A stretch of 64,000 nt of DNA from assembly GCA_965221875.1 (NCBI GenBank), contig OZ244920.1, positions 1,001,845 through 1,065,844 on the forward strand. Direction: 5' to 3'. The stretch is from Thermodesulfobacteriota bacterium. GTDB lineage: Bacteria > Desulfobacterota_D > UBA1144 > Nemesobacterales > Nemesobacteraceae. Shown here piece by piece: positions 38,989-47,523 of the stretch. The notes beneath the pieces are model-generated. The model saw only the letters and a program-made list of their open reading frames with translations. It made no database searches and was not told the DNA's origin. The position numbers and the translations under genes were made by a program. Every line of letters begins with the position of its first letter. Position 1 is the first letter of the stretch.

Positions 38989-40482
38989 ATGAATACTCAA
39001 CTTATCATCAACTCGCTTTTTAATGAAACGAGGATAGCGGTCTTGGAGAAAAGCAGACTGATTGAGCTTTTCATCGAAAGAAAATCCAACTCTTCAATGG
39101 TGGGCAACATTTACAAGGGGAAAGTTGAAAAAATAGTCCCCGGAGTGCAGGCGGCATTCGTTGGCATGGGAGACGGCAGGTCCGGGTTTCTCTCTGCCGA
39201 GGATGTGTATGAGGAATCGCTTAGCGAACTTTTTCTTGAAGAGGAAATGACAAAAAAGACATCCAGAAAAAACCACCAGCCGATACAGAATGTCCTGCGT
39301 CAGGGTCAGGAAGTCATGGTTCAGGTTACAAAGGAACCCACCGGAAACAAAGGTCCCAAGCTTACTTCTCACGTAGGCATACCGGGCAAGTATCTTGTTC
39401 TGCTTCCCGGGTCAGACTCGGTGAACCTGTCCCGCAAAATAACGGACAGAAAAAGCAGGAAGAGATTTTCCGAGATCATGCGGAATAAACCCGAAGACAT
39501 GGGATTTATAGTAAGAACGGCGTGTGTGGAAGCGGAGGAGAAAAATATAAAGACCGAGATGAAAGCGCTTGTGAGGAAGTGGAGAAGGATAAAGAAAAAA
39601 TATGAAGAATCGAAAAACCCAGGCGCGATATATGAAGAAGCCGATACATGTATTAGGGTCATCAGGGACCTGATGGGAAACGGCCTTAAGAAAATTGTCG
39701 TTGACTCCCCCAAAGCCCACGGTCGGATCACCAAGTACTTTTCTGACAAGATTAAGAAAGATGGTTTCAGAGTCGATATATACGATAAAGAAGAACCCAT
39801 ATTCGACAGATACGGAATCGAGAGCCAGATCGAAAAAATGTACAGAAAAAAGGTCTGGATGAAGTCGGGAGGGTACCTGATCATAGACGAGGCTGAAGGG
39901 CTCACTGTGATAGATGTTAACTCTGGCAAACTCGTAGGAGAGGAATTTCACAAGAAAACAATAATGAAAACGAACGAAGAAGCCGCAGTTGAAGCCGCAA
40001 GGCAGATAAGGCTTCGCAATCTGGTCGGAATTATAGTTATCGATTTCATAGACATGCAGTCTGTTAGATCCAGAAAGAAGGTGGAGTCTCTTTTCACAGA
40101 TGAAATGAAAAAAGATAAAGCGAGGACCACGATCCAGGAAATATCGTCTTTCAGCGTAATCCAGCTTACCAGGCGCAGAGTCAGGGAAAGCATACTTTCC
40201 GACTTGACCGAACCCTGCGACATCTGTGAGGGAAGAGGGCGGATAAAGTCAATATACACCACCTGTTACGAGATACTGAGGGATATTGATCAATGGACAA
40301 GGCAGAGCGCTGAAGGACCTCTTGTTGTGCAGGCCAACAAGAAGGTCATAGCAAAACTCAGAGAAATAGAAGGAAGAGCCATAAGAAGAATCCAGCGGGA
40401 GAGGGGTGTAAAGATAAAATTCAAATCGACTGAAGATATTTTCGAGAGGTTCGCAATTTCCAGGGAAGGAAATTCCGGTTAG
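38989..40482 (+). CDS. rng: Ribonuclease G/E family endoribonuclease
   Basis: N-terminal S1 domain (VGNIYKGKVEKIVPGVQAAFVGMGDGRSGFL), DNase-I-like and Zn-link regions, about 500 aa as in RNase G. Confidence 0.85.
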   Translation: MNTQLIINSLFNETRIAVLEKSRLIELFIERKSNSSMVGNIYKGKVEKIVPGVQAAFVGMGDGRSGFLSAEDVYEESLSELFLEEEMTKKTSRKNHQPIQNVLRQGQEVMVQVTKEPTGNKGPKLTSHVGIPGKYLVLLPGSDSVNLSRKITDRKSRKRFSEIMRNKPEDMGFIVRTACVEAEEKNIKTEMKALVRKWRRIKKKYEESKNPGAIYEEADTCIRVIRDLMGNGLKKIVVDSPKAHGRITKYFSDKIKKDGFRVDIYDKEEPIFDRYGIESQIEKMYRKKVWMKSGGYLIIDEAEGLTVIDVNSGKLVGEEFHKKTIMKTNEEAAVEAARQIRLRNLVGIIVIDFIDMQSVRSRKKVESLFTDEMKKDKARTTIQEISSFSVIQLTRRRVRESILSDLTEPCDICEGRGRIKSIYTTCYEILRDIDQWTRQSAEGPLVVQANKKVIAKLREIEGRAIRRIQRERGVKIKFKSTEDIFERFAISREGNSG

Positions 40483-40501
40483 TTGAAAGGAGCATTCTAA
40501 G

Positions 40502-40924
40502 TTGAGTAAAAACGGATTTCTTTATCATGTGGCGATCGCCGTGAAAGATATCGAGAAGGCTGAAGATATCTACTCCAAACTACTCGGGCTTCGGGTTGTC
40601 CACAGAGAGGACGTGGTCAACTATGGGGTCAAGACATCGATGCTCTGCTCCGAATCGGAAGAGGGTACTGCTGTAGAACTTATCGAACCTTTGGACGAGA
40701 ATTCCCCGATTTCGCAGTTCCTTGAGAAAAGAGGGGAGGGCGTTCATCACATCTGCTTTCTTGTGGACGATGTTGAGGCTTCTCTGCGGGCCCTTGAAAA
40801 AGAAGGAGTCAGGCTTATTGATAAACATCCGCGGCCCGGATCTTACAACTGCAAAGTCGCCTTCATACATCCAAAGTCGATGAACGGAGTGCTGGTGGAG
40901 CTTGCCGAGAAGATAAGGGAGTGA
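40502..40924 (+). CDS. Methylmalonyl-CoA epimerase / VOC-family (glyoxalase-fold) protein. TTG start.
   Basis: LYHVAIAVKDIEKA...GEGVHHICFLVDDVEASL VOC signature. Confidence 0.8.
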   Translation: MSKNGFLYHVAIAVKDIEKAEDIYSKLLGLRVVHREDVVNYGVKTSMLCSESEEGTAVELIEPLDENSPISQFLEKRGEGVHHICFLVDDVEASLRALEKEGVRLIDKHPRPGSYNCKVAFIHPKSMNGVLVELAEKIRE

Positions 40925-40941
40925 GAAGAGCGCGTCCCCGG

Positions 40942-41121
40942 TTACGTGCCGCTCTGTTTTTCTTCCCTGTTCTCCGGATCGTCCTCTTTTAGAGATTTTC
41001 TGAACCCGCTTATCCCCTTGCCGAGAGAAGACCCGAGGTCCCCGAGTCTGCTTGGACCGAAGATTATGAGGAGAATTGCCAGTATCAGTACTAGCTCCCA
41101 TATGCCGAATTGTCCGAACAT
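40942..41121 (-). CDS. tatA: Twin-arginine translocase subunit TatA/E. Absent from the ORF track because it is under 60 aa.
   Basis: Own translation: MFGQFGIWELVLILAILLIIFGPSRLGDLGSSLGKGISGFRKSLKEDDPENREEKQSGT matches the TatA consensus (FGxxGxxELxxI...FGPxKLPxLGxxLGKxIxxFK). Confidence 0.75.
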   Translation of the reverse strand: MFGQFGIWELVLILAILLIIFGPSRLGDLGSSLGKGISGFRKSLKEDDPENREEKQSGT

Positions 41122-41216
41122 AACAGCGAAATAATACCTGAGTACTGCAGCTTCTCAAATGTCTTCAAATGATTCACGGCTGAAATTGAAAAACAAGACG
41201 CTTTCCTGTAAAATGG

Positions 41217-41846
41217 GTGCGTCGCGAGCAAAAAAAGACGGAGAGTTTTAACCGGCTTCTGGAGATTCGTCTCCGGCGACTTGCCTTACCTGATTCCATG
41301 TGCCGTAAACGATGCCTGTATATATTCCTGATGATTGTTGCCGTCGCGCTCGTAGTGGTCCAGGGGTCGGATGGACTTGCCCGGGGCGTCGGCGACGCCC
41401 GTGTTGAGACGGTGGAGGGACGCTGGCTTCTAATCCTGCCAGCAAGCGGGCTGCCCCGAACGCAGTCGGCCTCAGACGGCATCGTCGCGCAGTCATCCGA
41501 GTCAGCTTCGCATCGGACACACGTGGTTTACATTGAGGGTGCGACGTACAGCGCGGCAACACCTCTGCAGGGCCCGGGCGCCTGGATAGCATTTGACTTG
41601 GACCGGCGTCGCTTCGAATCGTTGCTGCCGAGTATCCGAGTCGAACTGGACGCGGGCGAGCGACTGGACACGGCTGTCGGCGCTGTCGGCGCTACTGGTG
41701 TGGAAGTATTTGACTCGCTTGGCTTTGCCATACTCTATCTGCCGTCAGACCTGTACCCCGCCGACGCGGCTGCACTGGTCCGCGGACTGTCCGGCCAGCC
41801 CGACGCTTCTGTTCGTCTGCGCGGGCCCCGGATTGAGTGGCGTTAA
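41217..41846 (+). CDS. Hypothetical secreted protein (start probably at the internal Met at 41298, preceding a signal-peptide-like helix). First gene of the high-GC island.
   Basis: ORF with a hydrophobic N-terminal segment (MCRKRCLYIFLMIVAVALVVVQG). GC is clearly higher than the flanks. Confidence 0.35.
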   Translation: MRREQKKTESFNRLLEIRLRRLALPDSMCRKRCLYIFLMIVAVALVVVQGSDGLARGVGDARVETVEGRWLLILPASGLPRTQSASDGIVAQSSESASHRTHVVYIEGATYSAATPLQGPGAWIAFDLDRRRFESLLPSIRVELDAGERLDTAVGAVGATGVEVFDSLGFAILYLPSDLYPADAAALVRGLSGQPDASVRLRGPRIEWR

Positions 41847-41872
41847 CTTTCTGCTTAGGAGGTAGGAACCGC

Positions 41873-44458
41873 ATGCGTACACTGGCACTTATTGCGGCGG
41901 GGCTGTTGAGTCTGGCCGGTTGCGACTCGCAACAACTGCTGTCTTCCCCTCTGGCAAGCGTTACCTTGGAGCTCTCCGGCGACTCTGAGGTTGAGGAGGC
42001 CGACAATCCGAAGGTACGGTTTACCCTCGGGCTTGACGCGCCCGTTTCCAGACCTGTCTTGGTGGCCTTGAGTCTGGACGGAACCGCCACCCGGGGTTAC
42101 GATTACGCGGTCAGCGACGCCCAGGTTCAGTTTCCGGCGGGCGCCACTTCCGCAAGTGTGGAAATCGATGTTTACCGCGACTTCGAGAAGGAAGGCGATG
42201 AAATGATCAAGGTCGGTCTTGGCTCGATTACGGGTAACGCGCGGGCCGGCGACCCATCCTCGATCACCCTGAGAGTGATCGACGGCCCTGCGGTCGGCGT
42301 GGACAAGTTCCCGCCTGATGACACAGACGGCGGGCAGGAGTCTGCGTCGGGACTTGCTGCCCTGAGTTTCGATGTCGCGGAAGATGCTGTCGTAGCCGTA
42401 GTGGTCGCGGAGGTCTTCCCGGATGCCTCCCCCGTGCCATTGGTAGCTGAGTGGTCCACGGACCCGACTTTCGCTTCGGACGTGAGGATCATCCGCAAGT
42501 GCTATGCTCCTTCGGAGGATTCTTCGGCCGACGGATCTGGACCGCCCATGAGCCCTTGCGAGGTCGCCGTCTCTGATGATCCGCTTGACCTTTTCTTATT
42601 TGCCAATCTGCGCCTGTTCAGGCTGCCCTCCGAGTCACTGGCACCCGACCGCCGCTATTTTTTTCGCATATGGATGGACGCCCCGCCGCCATCGTTCACC
42701 TTTGGCGAGGAATACCCGAATGTGGTTGCGATCAGTTTCGCCACCGATTCTGAGGGAGCAGTTCTCGTGCGATGCGAGACACCGGCACGAACACCCGCAC
42801 CAGAGGGCGGCGATCCCCTGTTCCACCAGCAGTGGCACCTGAAAAACACCGGTCAGAGGGCTTTCTCGAACCGCGGAGGAACTCCCGGCGCCGACCTGAA
42901 TATGACCACAGCCATCGACACGGGCCGAGACGGCGCGGGAGTGAAGCTCGCTGTGGTCGATACCGGGCTTGAGATCTGCCATCCGGATCTGGCAGCCAAT
43001 ACGTCTGCGGGCGGTTCGTTTAACTTCGGCGCAAGCGCCCGACCCGGCACTTCTTCCGATGATCCCTACAACTTTGCCTCAGCAGGGGACCACGGCACCA
43101 GCGTAGCCGGGGTTGCCGCGGCAGCCGCCAATAACGGTTTCGGCGGACGCGGCGTGGCGCCGGCGGTTACTCTTGTCGGGTTCAATCCGGCTCAAGCGGC
43201 GCCCGGCGAGTCCGGGGATCGGGACACGGCATTCAAGACCGCGCTCTTAAAGAGCCTTGGCGCTAGCACGAGCGAACCGGATTCGGCAAGCGTGGATATC
43301 TTCAACATGAGTTTCGGTGAACTCGTCGGCATAGGGAACCCGGATGAAGAACTCACACGCGTGCTCAGGATGGGAGTTGAGCAGCTTCGTTCGGGCCGCG
43401 GCGCGCTATACGTAAGGGCAGCCGGCAACGATTTTCTTGAGTCTTGCGAGCAACCTCATCCGCTCCAGAACGAGATAGGCTGCGTCGGCGCCAACTCCGA
43501 CCCCGACCAAAACATGCCGTGGATGGTCGTCGTGGGAGGCTTTAACGCCGACGACAGAAAGTCAACCCATTCAAGCACCGGCGCCAACCTGTGGGTAACA
43601 GGTCCTTCCGGCGAGGACGGCGTCGAAGCCCCGGCAATAATCACCACGGACCAGGCTGGTCCGTTCACCGGCTTCAACATCCTGAAGGAAAATCGTCTGA
43701 CCATGGATCATCCTTTGAATCGCGACGGCGACTACATCAGCGCCTTCGGCGGTACATCTTCGGCAGCTCCCGCGGTCTCCGGCGCCATCGCGATCCTCCT
43801 CGGGATCAGACCGGAGCTGACCTGGCGGGACGTGAAGCACATACTGGCAAGTACGGCGCGCAGGATTGACCCGGATATCGCCGAAGTCCGCGCCGCGTTC
43901 AACGGTACTCCCTACATCCTCCAGCACGCCTGGCAGAAAAACGGCGCCGGTTTCTATTTCCATAACTGGTACGGTTTCGGCGCGGTCGATGTCGACGCCG
44001 CGGTCGCGATGGCGGAAAGCCACACTGCTGACAGTCTGGGAGATCTGGTTGAATCGCAATGGTTTGGGTCCGCTCAAAAAGAAGGGCTCTCAGTGGACAT
44101 TCCCGATGCGGACGGGGCCGGGACCAGCGCCGCTTTGGAGGTCTCCGGCATCCCCGAGGATGCGGACATCGAGGCGGTGGTGCTTGAGGTCGATGTCAAT
44201 GGCGGCGATGCGTTCGACCTTGGCATTACCCTCCGCTCACCCGCAGGCACGCAGAGCGTGCTCAGCACACCCCTAAACAGCATGCTCAAGGGCTTGCCTG
44301 GAATATCCAGTTGGCGCCTGCTCAGCAACGCCTTCTACGGCGAGAATCCAAACGGCGCATGGACCCTGCATGTGGCTGACATCGCCGCCCACGACACAGC
44401 CACGCTGACTGGCTGGAAACTGCGGTTCTACTACGGCGGCACCCACGGCGTGAATTAA
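41873..44458 (+). CDS. Subtilisin-like serine protease (peptidase S8) lipoprotein with an N-terminal Calx-beta domain and a C-terminal proprotein-convertase P-domain
   Basis: Lipobox LSLAGC. Calx-beta motif (DYAVSDAQVQFPAGATSASVEIDV). Catalytic triad motifs VVDTGLEICHPDL, DHGTSVAGVAAA and GTSSAAPAVSGAIAILL. Confidence 0.85.
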   Translation: MRTLALIAAGLLSLAGCDSQQLLSSPLASVTLELSGDSEVEEADNPKVRFTLGLDAPVSRPVLVALSLDGTATRGYDYAVSDAQVQFPAGATSASVEIDVYRDFEKEGDEMIKVGLGSITGNARAGDPSSITLRVIDGPAVGVDKFPPDDTDGGQESASGLAALSFDVAEDAVVAVVVAEVFPDASPVPLVAEWSTDPTFASDVRIIRKCYAPSEDSSADGSGPPMSPCEVAVSDDPLDLFLFANLRLFRLPSESLAPDRRYFFRIWMDAPPPSFTFGEEYPNVVAISFATDSEGAVLVRCETPARTPAPEGGDPLFHQQWHLKNTGQRAFSNRGGTPGADLNMTTAIDTGRDGAGVKLAVVDTGLEICHPDLAANTSAGGSFNFGASARPGTSSDDPYNFASAGDHGTSVAGVAAAAANNGFGGRGVAPAVTLVGFNPAQAAPGESGDRDTAFKTALLKSLGASTSEPDSASVDIFNMSFGELVGIGNPDEELTRVLRMGVEQLRSGRGALYVRAAGNDFLESCEQPHPLQNEIGCVGANSDPDQNMPWMVVVGGFNADDRKSTHSSTGANLWVTGPSGEDGVEAPAIITTDQAGPFTGFNILKENRLTMDHPLNRDGDYISAFGGTSSAAPAVSGAIAILLGIRPELTWRDVKHILASTARRIDPDIAEVRAAFNGTPYILQHAWQKNGAGFYFHNWYGFGAVDVDAAVAMAESHTADSLGDLVESQWFGSAQKEGLSVDIPDADGAGTSAALEVSGIPEDADIEAVVLEVDVNGGDAFDLGITLRSPAGTQSVLSTPLNSMLKGLPGISSWRLLSNAFYGENPNGAWTLHVADIAAHDTATLTGWKLRFYYGGTHGVN

Positions 44459-44478
44459 CCCGCGACTGTCAAGCCATA

Positions 44479-44670
44479 ATGGAAACTGCCGTGCTCTCTG
44501 AGACTGCAAAGACGCTCGCTGGTCGCGGGGAAGCTCCCAGAGTCTTTTTCCTGAGAACCATATCGGGCGATAAGGTGGATTTCGTGGTTGAGACGGAAGG
44601 GAAGCCTGCGCTTGTAGAGGTAGAACTGTCGGCTACGCCGCATTGCGGTTTTATCAGTCAGAACTTTTGA
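44479..44670 (+). pseudogene. C-terminal fragment of a DUF4143 / COG1373 AAA-ATPase gene
   Basis: RVFFLRTISGDKVDFVVETEGKPALVEVELSAT resembles the C-terminus of the 4642..5772 ATPase (LYFFRDNTGNEVDLLEQDGADLLSYEIKTTQT). There is no N-terminal ATPase part. Confidence 0.45.
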
Positions 44671-44866
44671 TGTTTTCAACGCTGAATTTTACTGGCTTGT
44701 CATCGTAGAGCGCCGCTATCCATCTTATAGGTCTTGCGAAGGTCAGTTTTCCGTCGCCCCATCTCATTGATTTCCGGAAGGGGATTGATGAGATTACTCC
44801 CGGAAGAATTTCTTTTAGAACGGATGAAGTTTTTTTTCTTTTTACCGTTTTCCTTACACAAATATT
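44656..44866 (-). repeat. About 205-bp near-identical (1 mismatch) duplicated copy of an internal glyS segment (other copy at about 49063-49270)
   Basis: Direct comparison of the two stretches. The encoded peptide of ORF 44654..44968 is identical to glyS residues ...[20 protein letters not shown]...SVENIKSSD. Confidence 0.85.
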
Positions 44867-45140
44867 TTCAGATGATGCTGTGAATTTACCGATATTATGT
44901 CTGAGGGGATGGAGGAATTGAGGTTGACATTCTATATTCTGAATGCATGATTCCCACTGGGAAAGCACGCAATGAACCTTCCGTATGTAAAAAGATCGCT
45001 TGAGACCGTGTTCATAAAGGCCGTTTCGCGGTTTATGGCCGTATTTCGCTTGTCGCCGCCTTCCGGGCGTGAATCAGAGGTGGCATTCGCGAAGGAGAGC
45101 CTTGCCGTGTACGGGCAGGACAGCCTAGTGTGGTAATGTC

Positions 45141-46136
45141 ATGCGGGTGATCACGGGAGCGAGCGGCCATATCGGCGGCGTGCTTGCGCGGGACTTGGCG
45201 GGGCGGTACGACGCCTGCCCGGTTCGCGCGATATTCCGCAAGAGGCGGGGCACCGCCGCGGATCTTGACGTCGAGTGGGTCAACGGCGACATTCTAGACA
45301 AGGAATCACTGCTCACCGCTTTCACGGGCGCGGAAGTTGTCTTCCATCTGGCCGCCCTAGTCTCGATTGATCCCGGCAGGGGGGGAAAAGTCCATACAAC
45401 GAATGTCTCAGGCACACGTAACGTTGTCGAGGCCGCCCTTGAATGTGGAGTGAGGCGGCTCGTTTACTTTTCCTCGATTCACGCCTACAACCAGTACCCA
45501 CTTGACGAAGTTCTCGATGAGGGCCGCGATTCCGCCGACGGCCCGCGGCACGATGCCTATGCCCGGTCGAAAGCCGCCGGCGAGGCGGAAGTTCGCCGCG
45601 GCATAGATCGCGGTCTGGATGCCGTAATTCTTAATCCGACCGGCGTAATCGGCCCTTTCGACGGCGGGCCTTCGCATATGGGACAGTTCTTCCTCGACCT
45701 GCACCGGAGGAGAATTCCCGCGCAGATCGCGGGCGGTTTTGATTGTGTCGATGTGCGCGATGTCGTAGATGCTGCAGTGGCCGCCGAGACGCAAGCGAGG
45801 TGCGGCGAAAACTACATCCTGTCAGGCGGTTGGCATTCCATGCGCGATTTGGCGCTACTGTCCCAACAGGCGACCGGGGTGGCAGTGCCCCGTTTCGTGT
45901 TCCCCATGTTTCTGGCCCGGTTTTGGGCGCCTTTCCAGGTCATTTTGGACCGTAGTCGCGGGCGCCGGCCCCTCTATACGCCTGCTGCGCTACGCTTCGT
46001 GAGCGGTGGCAACCAGCAGGTATCCAGTGCCAAGGCGCAGGCGGAACTCGGGTTCAGGTCGCGTCCCTTGGCGGATTCGGTGAGGGACACCTATCGATGG
46101 TTTGACGAGCAGGGCATGCTCGGCGAGGGTGGTTGA
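45141..46136 (+). CDS. NAD-dependent epimerase/dehydratase family protein (extended SDR)
   Basis: MRVITGASGHIGGVLARDL Rossmann motif and the Yx3K region. High GC. Confidence 0.8.
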   Translation: MRVITGASGHIGGVLARDLAGRYDACPVRAIFRKRRGTAADLDVEWVNGDILDKESLLTAFTGAEVVFHLAALVSIDPGRGGKVHTTNVSGTRNVVEAALECGVRRLVYFSSIHAYNQYPLDEVLDEGRDSADGPRHDAYARSKAAGEAEVRRGIDRGLDAVILNPTGVIGPFDGGPSHMGQFFLDLHRRRIPAQIAGGFDCVDVRDVVDAAVAAETQARCGENYILSGGWHSMRDLALLSQQATGVAVPRFVFPMFLARFWAPFQVILDRSRGRRPLYTPAALRFVSGGNQQVSSAKAQAELGFRSRPLADSVRDTYRWFDEQGMLGEGG

Positions 46137-46137
46137 G

Positions 46138-46899
46138 ATGGCAGAAGAACAACTTCACCGCGTGATGATATGGGCAGTTATTGCTGTGGCTCTTCCGACG
46201 TTCCTGTACCTGTTCCGTAAAACCGCGCCCTATGGCCGTCATTACGCAGGCACGGGCTGGGGGCCGCACATTTCCAGCAGGCTCGGCTGGATCATCATGG
46301 AACTGCCGGCGGTCGTAGTCTTCCTCGCCGTCTATCTTAACGGGAAGGCCGCGTTCCACATCGTGCCGCTGCTCTTTGTGGTCATGTGGCAGGGGCATTA
46401 TCTGAACCGGGCGCTCATTTACCCGTTTCGGATCCGGGCGAGCGGACGAAAGACGCCGTTGCTGGTCATCGGGTCAGGTTTTTTCTTCAATGTGATTAAC
46501 GCCTACATAAATGCCCGGTTCATTTCGGAATTCGGTGGGTATGCCGTTGAATGGCTCGTCGACCCTCGTTTCCTGATCGGCGTCGGGATTTTCCTGGGCG
46601 GGATTGCTCTCAACATCCACGCCGACAGTACCCTCATTCGTCTGCGCAGGCCGGGCGAGACCGGTTATGTGATTCCACAGGGTGGCGGGTTTCGCTTTGT
46701 CTCGTGCCCGAATTACATGGGTGAAATCCTCGAATGGGTAGGCTGGGCGCTAGCAACGTGGTCGTTGAGTGGCCTCGCCTTCTTGTTGTTCACCTCCGCC
46801 AATCTCGTTCCCAGGGCGCGCAGCAACCATCAATGGTATGTGGAAACTTTCAAGGATTATCCACCGCACCGCAAGGCCCTGATACCGGGCATTTATTGA
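46138..46899 (+). CDS. Polytopic membrane protein of the 3-oxo-5-alpha-steroid 4-dehydrogenase / DUF1295 family
   Basis: C-terminal NYMGEILEWVGWAL...YVETFKDYPPHRKALIPGIY signature of the steroid 5-alpha-reductase family. ATG sits 2 nt after the upstream stop. Confidence 0.65.
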   Translation: MAEEQLHRVMIWAVIAVALPTFLYLFRKTAPYGRHYAGTGWGPHISSRLGWIIMELPAVVVFLAVYLNGKAAFHIVPLLFVVMWQGHYLNRALIYPFRIRASGRKTPLLVIGSGFFFNVINAYINARFISEFGGYAVEWLVDPRFLIGVGIFLGGIALNIHADSTLIRLRRPGETGYVIPQGGGFRFVSCPNYMGEILEWVGWALATWSLSGLAFLLFTSANLVPRARSNHQWYVETFKDYPPHRKALIPGIY

Positions 46900-47074
46900 T
46901 TGACATGCTTATGGTTGCGTATAAATTCTGGCAAGACTCGACCGTATCAGAGGTCCGTGGACGAGTTTCGAATAATCAACTGATGCCCTTGGGGCGAGCG
47001 GTCCGGATGATCCGTAAATCCGTTAACGGATCCAACTTGCTTTCAATTGTGCTCTCGAACTCGAAGGAGTACCA

Positions 47075-47334
47075 ATGATTGAAATGACCGATCGGGCTTT
47101 TGGGCCGCCCGGTCCCGTCCTCATCACCGGGGGAACGGATACATTGAGTCATGGCTGGTCAAGAGACTCCTTGAACTTGATTACGACGTACACACGATGG
47201 TTCGCAATCTGACGGACCCGAAAAAGAATTTGCATCTCGAGGCCATAGCCATAAATTCGCCGGGCTCCTTGTCGCTCTATGGAGCCGAGTTGCTGGTTGC
47301 CAGCTTTGTGGAGCCGGTCACAATCTCACCATAG
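47075..47334 (+). pseudogene. Frameshifted N-terminal fragment of a cinnamoyl-CoA-reductase-like NAD-dependent epimerase/dehydratase
   Basis: RBS AAGGAG then MIEMTDRAFGPPGPVLITGGTDTL, frame switch, then ...WLVKRLLELDYDVHTMVRNLTDPKKNLHLEAI... followed by stops. Only about 85 aa of an expected ~330 aa. Confidence 0.5.
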
Positions 47335-47441
47335 TCCCCGGTTTCGTGAAGAAAACCCCTCTCAAAAGCGAAGGCCTTCTCATAGAATTCAAGAGTTCCT
47401 ACAACATCGTCCACATAGAGTATGGTATATCGAAACAGCAT
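47277..47441 (-). pseudogene. N-terminal fragment (54 codons) of a VOC / glyoxalase-family gene
   Basis: MLFRYTILYVDDVVGTLEFYEKAFAFERGFLHETGDYGEIVTGSTKLA then stop. A VOC domain needs about 120 aa. Confidence 0.4.
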
Positions 47442-47523
47442 TTACGCCTCCTGTAAATTTCTCATGCTGGGTACCTCGAATAAACCCTGACCAAGCTGGC
47501 GCCTTGCTAAAGTTGATTGCGGG

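Noticed and set aside
39369-40262. Minus-strand ORFs of 186, 179 and 104 aa
   Set aside because: They are antisense inside RNase G. They are a codon-bias shadow of a Lys/Glu-rich gene.
40580-41158. 192-aa minus-strand ORF
   Set aside because: It is antisense to the VOC/methylmalonyl-CoA epimerase gene and overlaps tatA in another frame. It has no features.
43571-44077. 168-aa minus-strand ORF and neighbouring short ORFs
   Set aside because: They lie inside the S8 protease gene, where the high GC gives long stop-free antisense frames.
45125-45415. 96-aa minus-strand ORF and 45408..45794 minus ORF
   Set aside because: They are antisense to the NAD-epimerase gene in the high-GC island.
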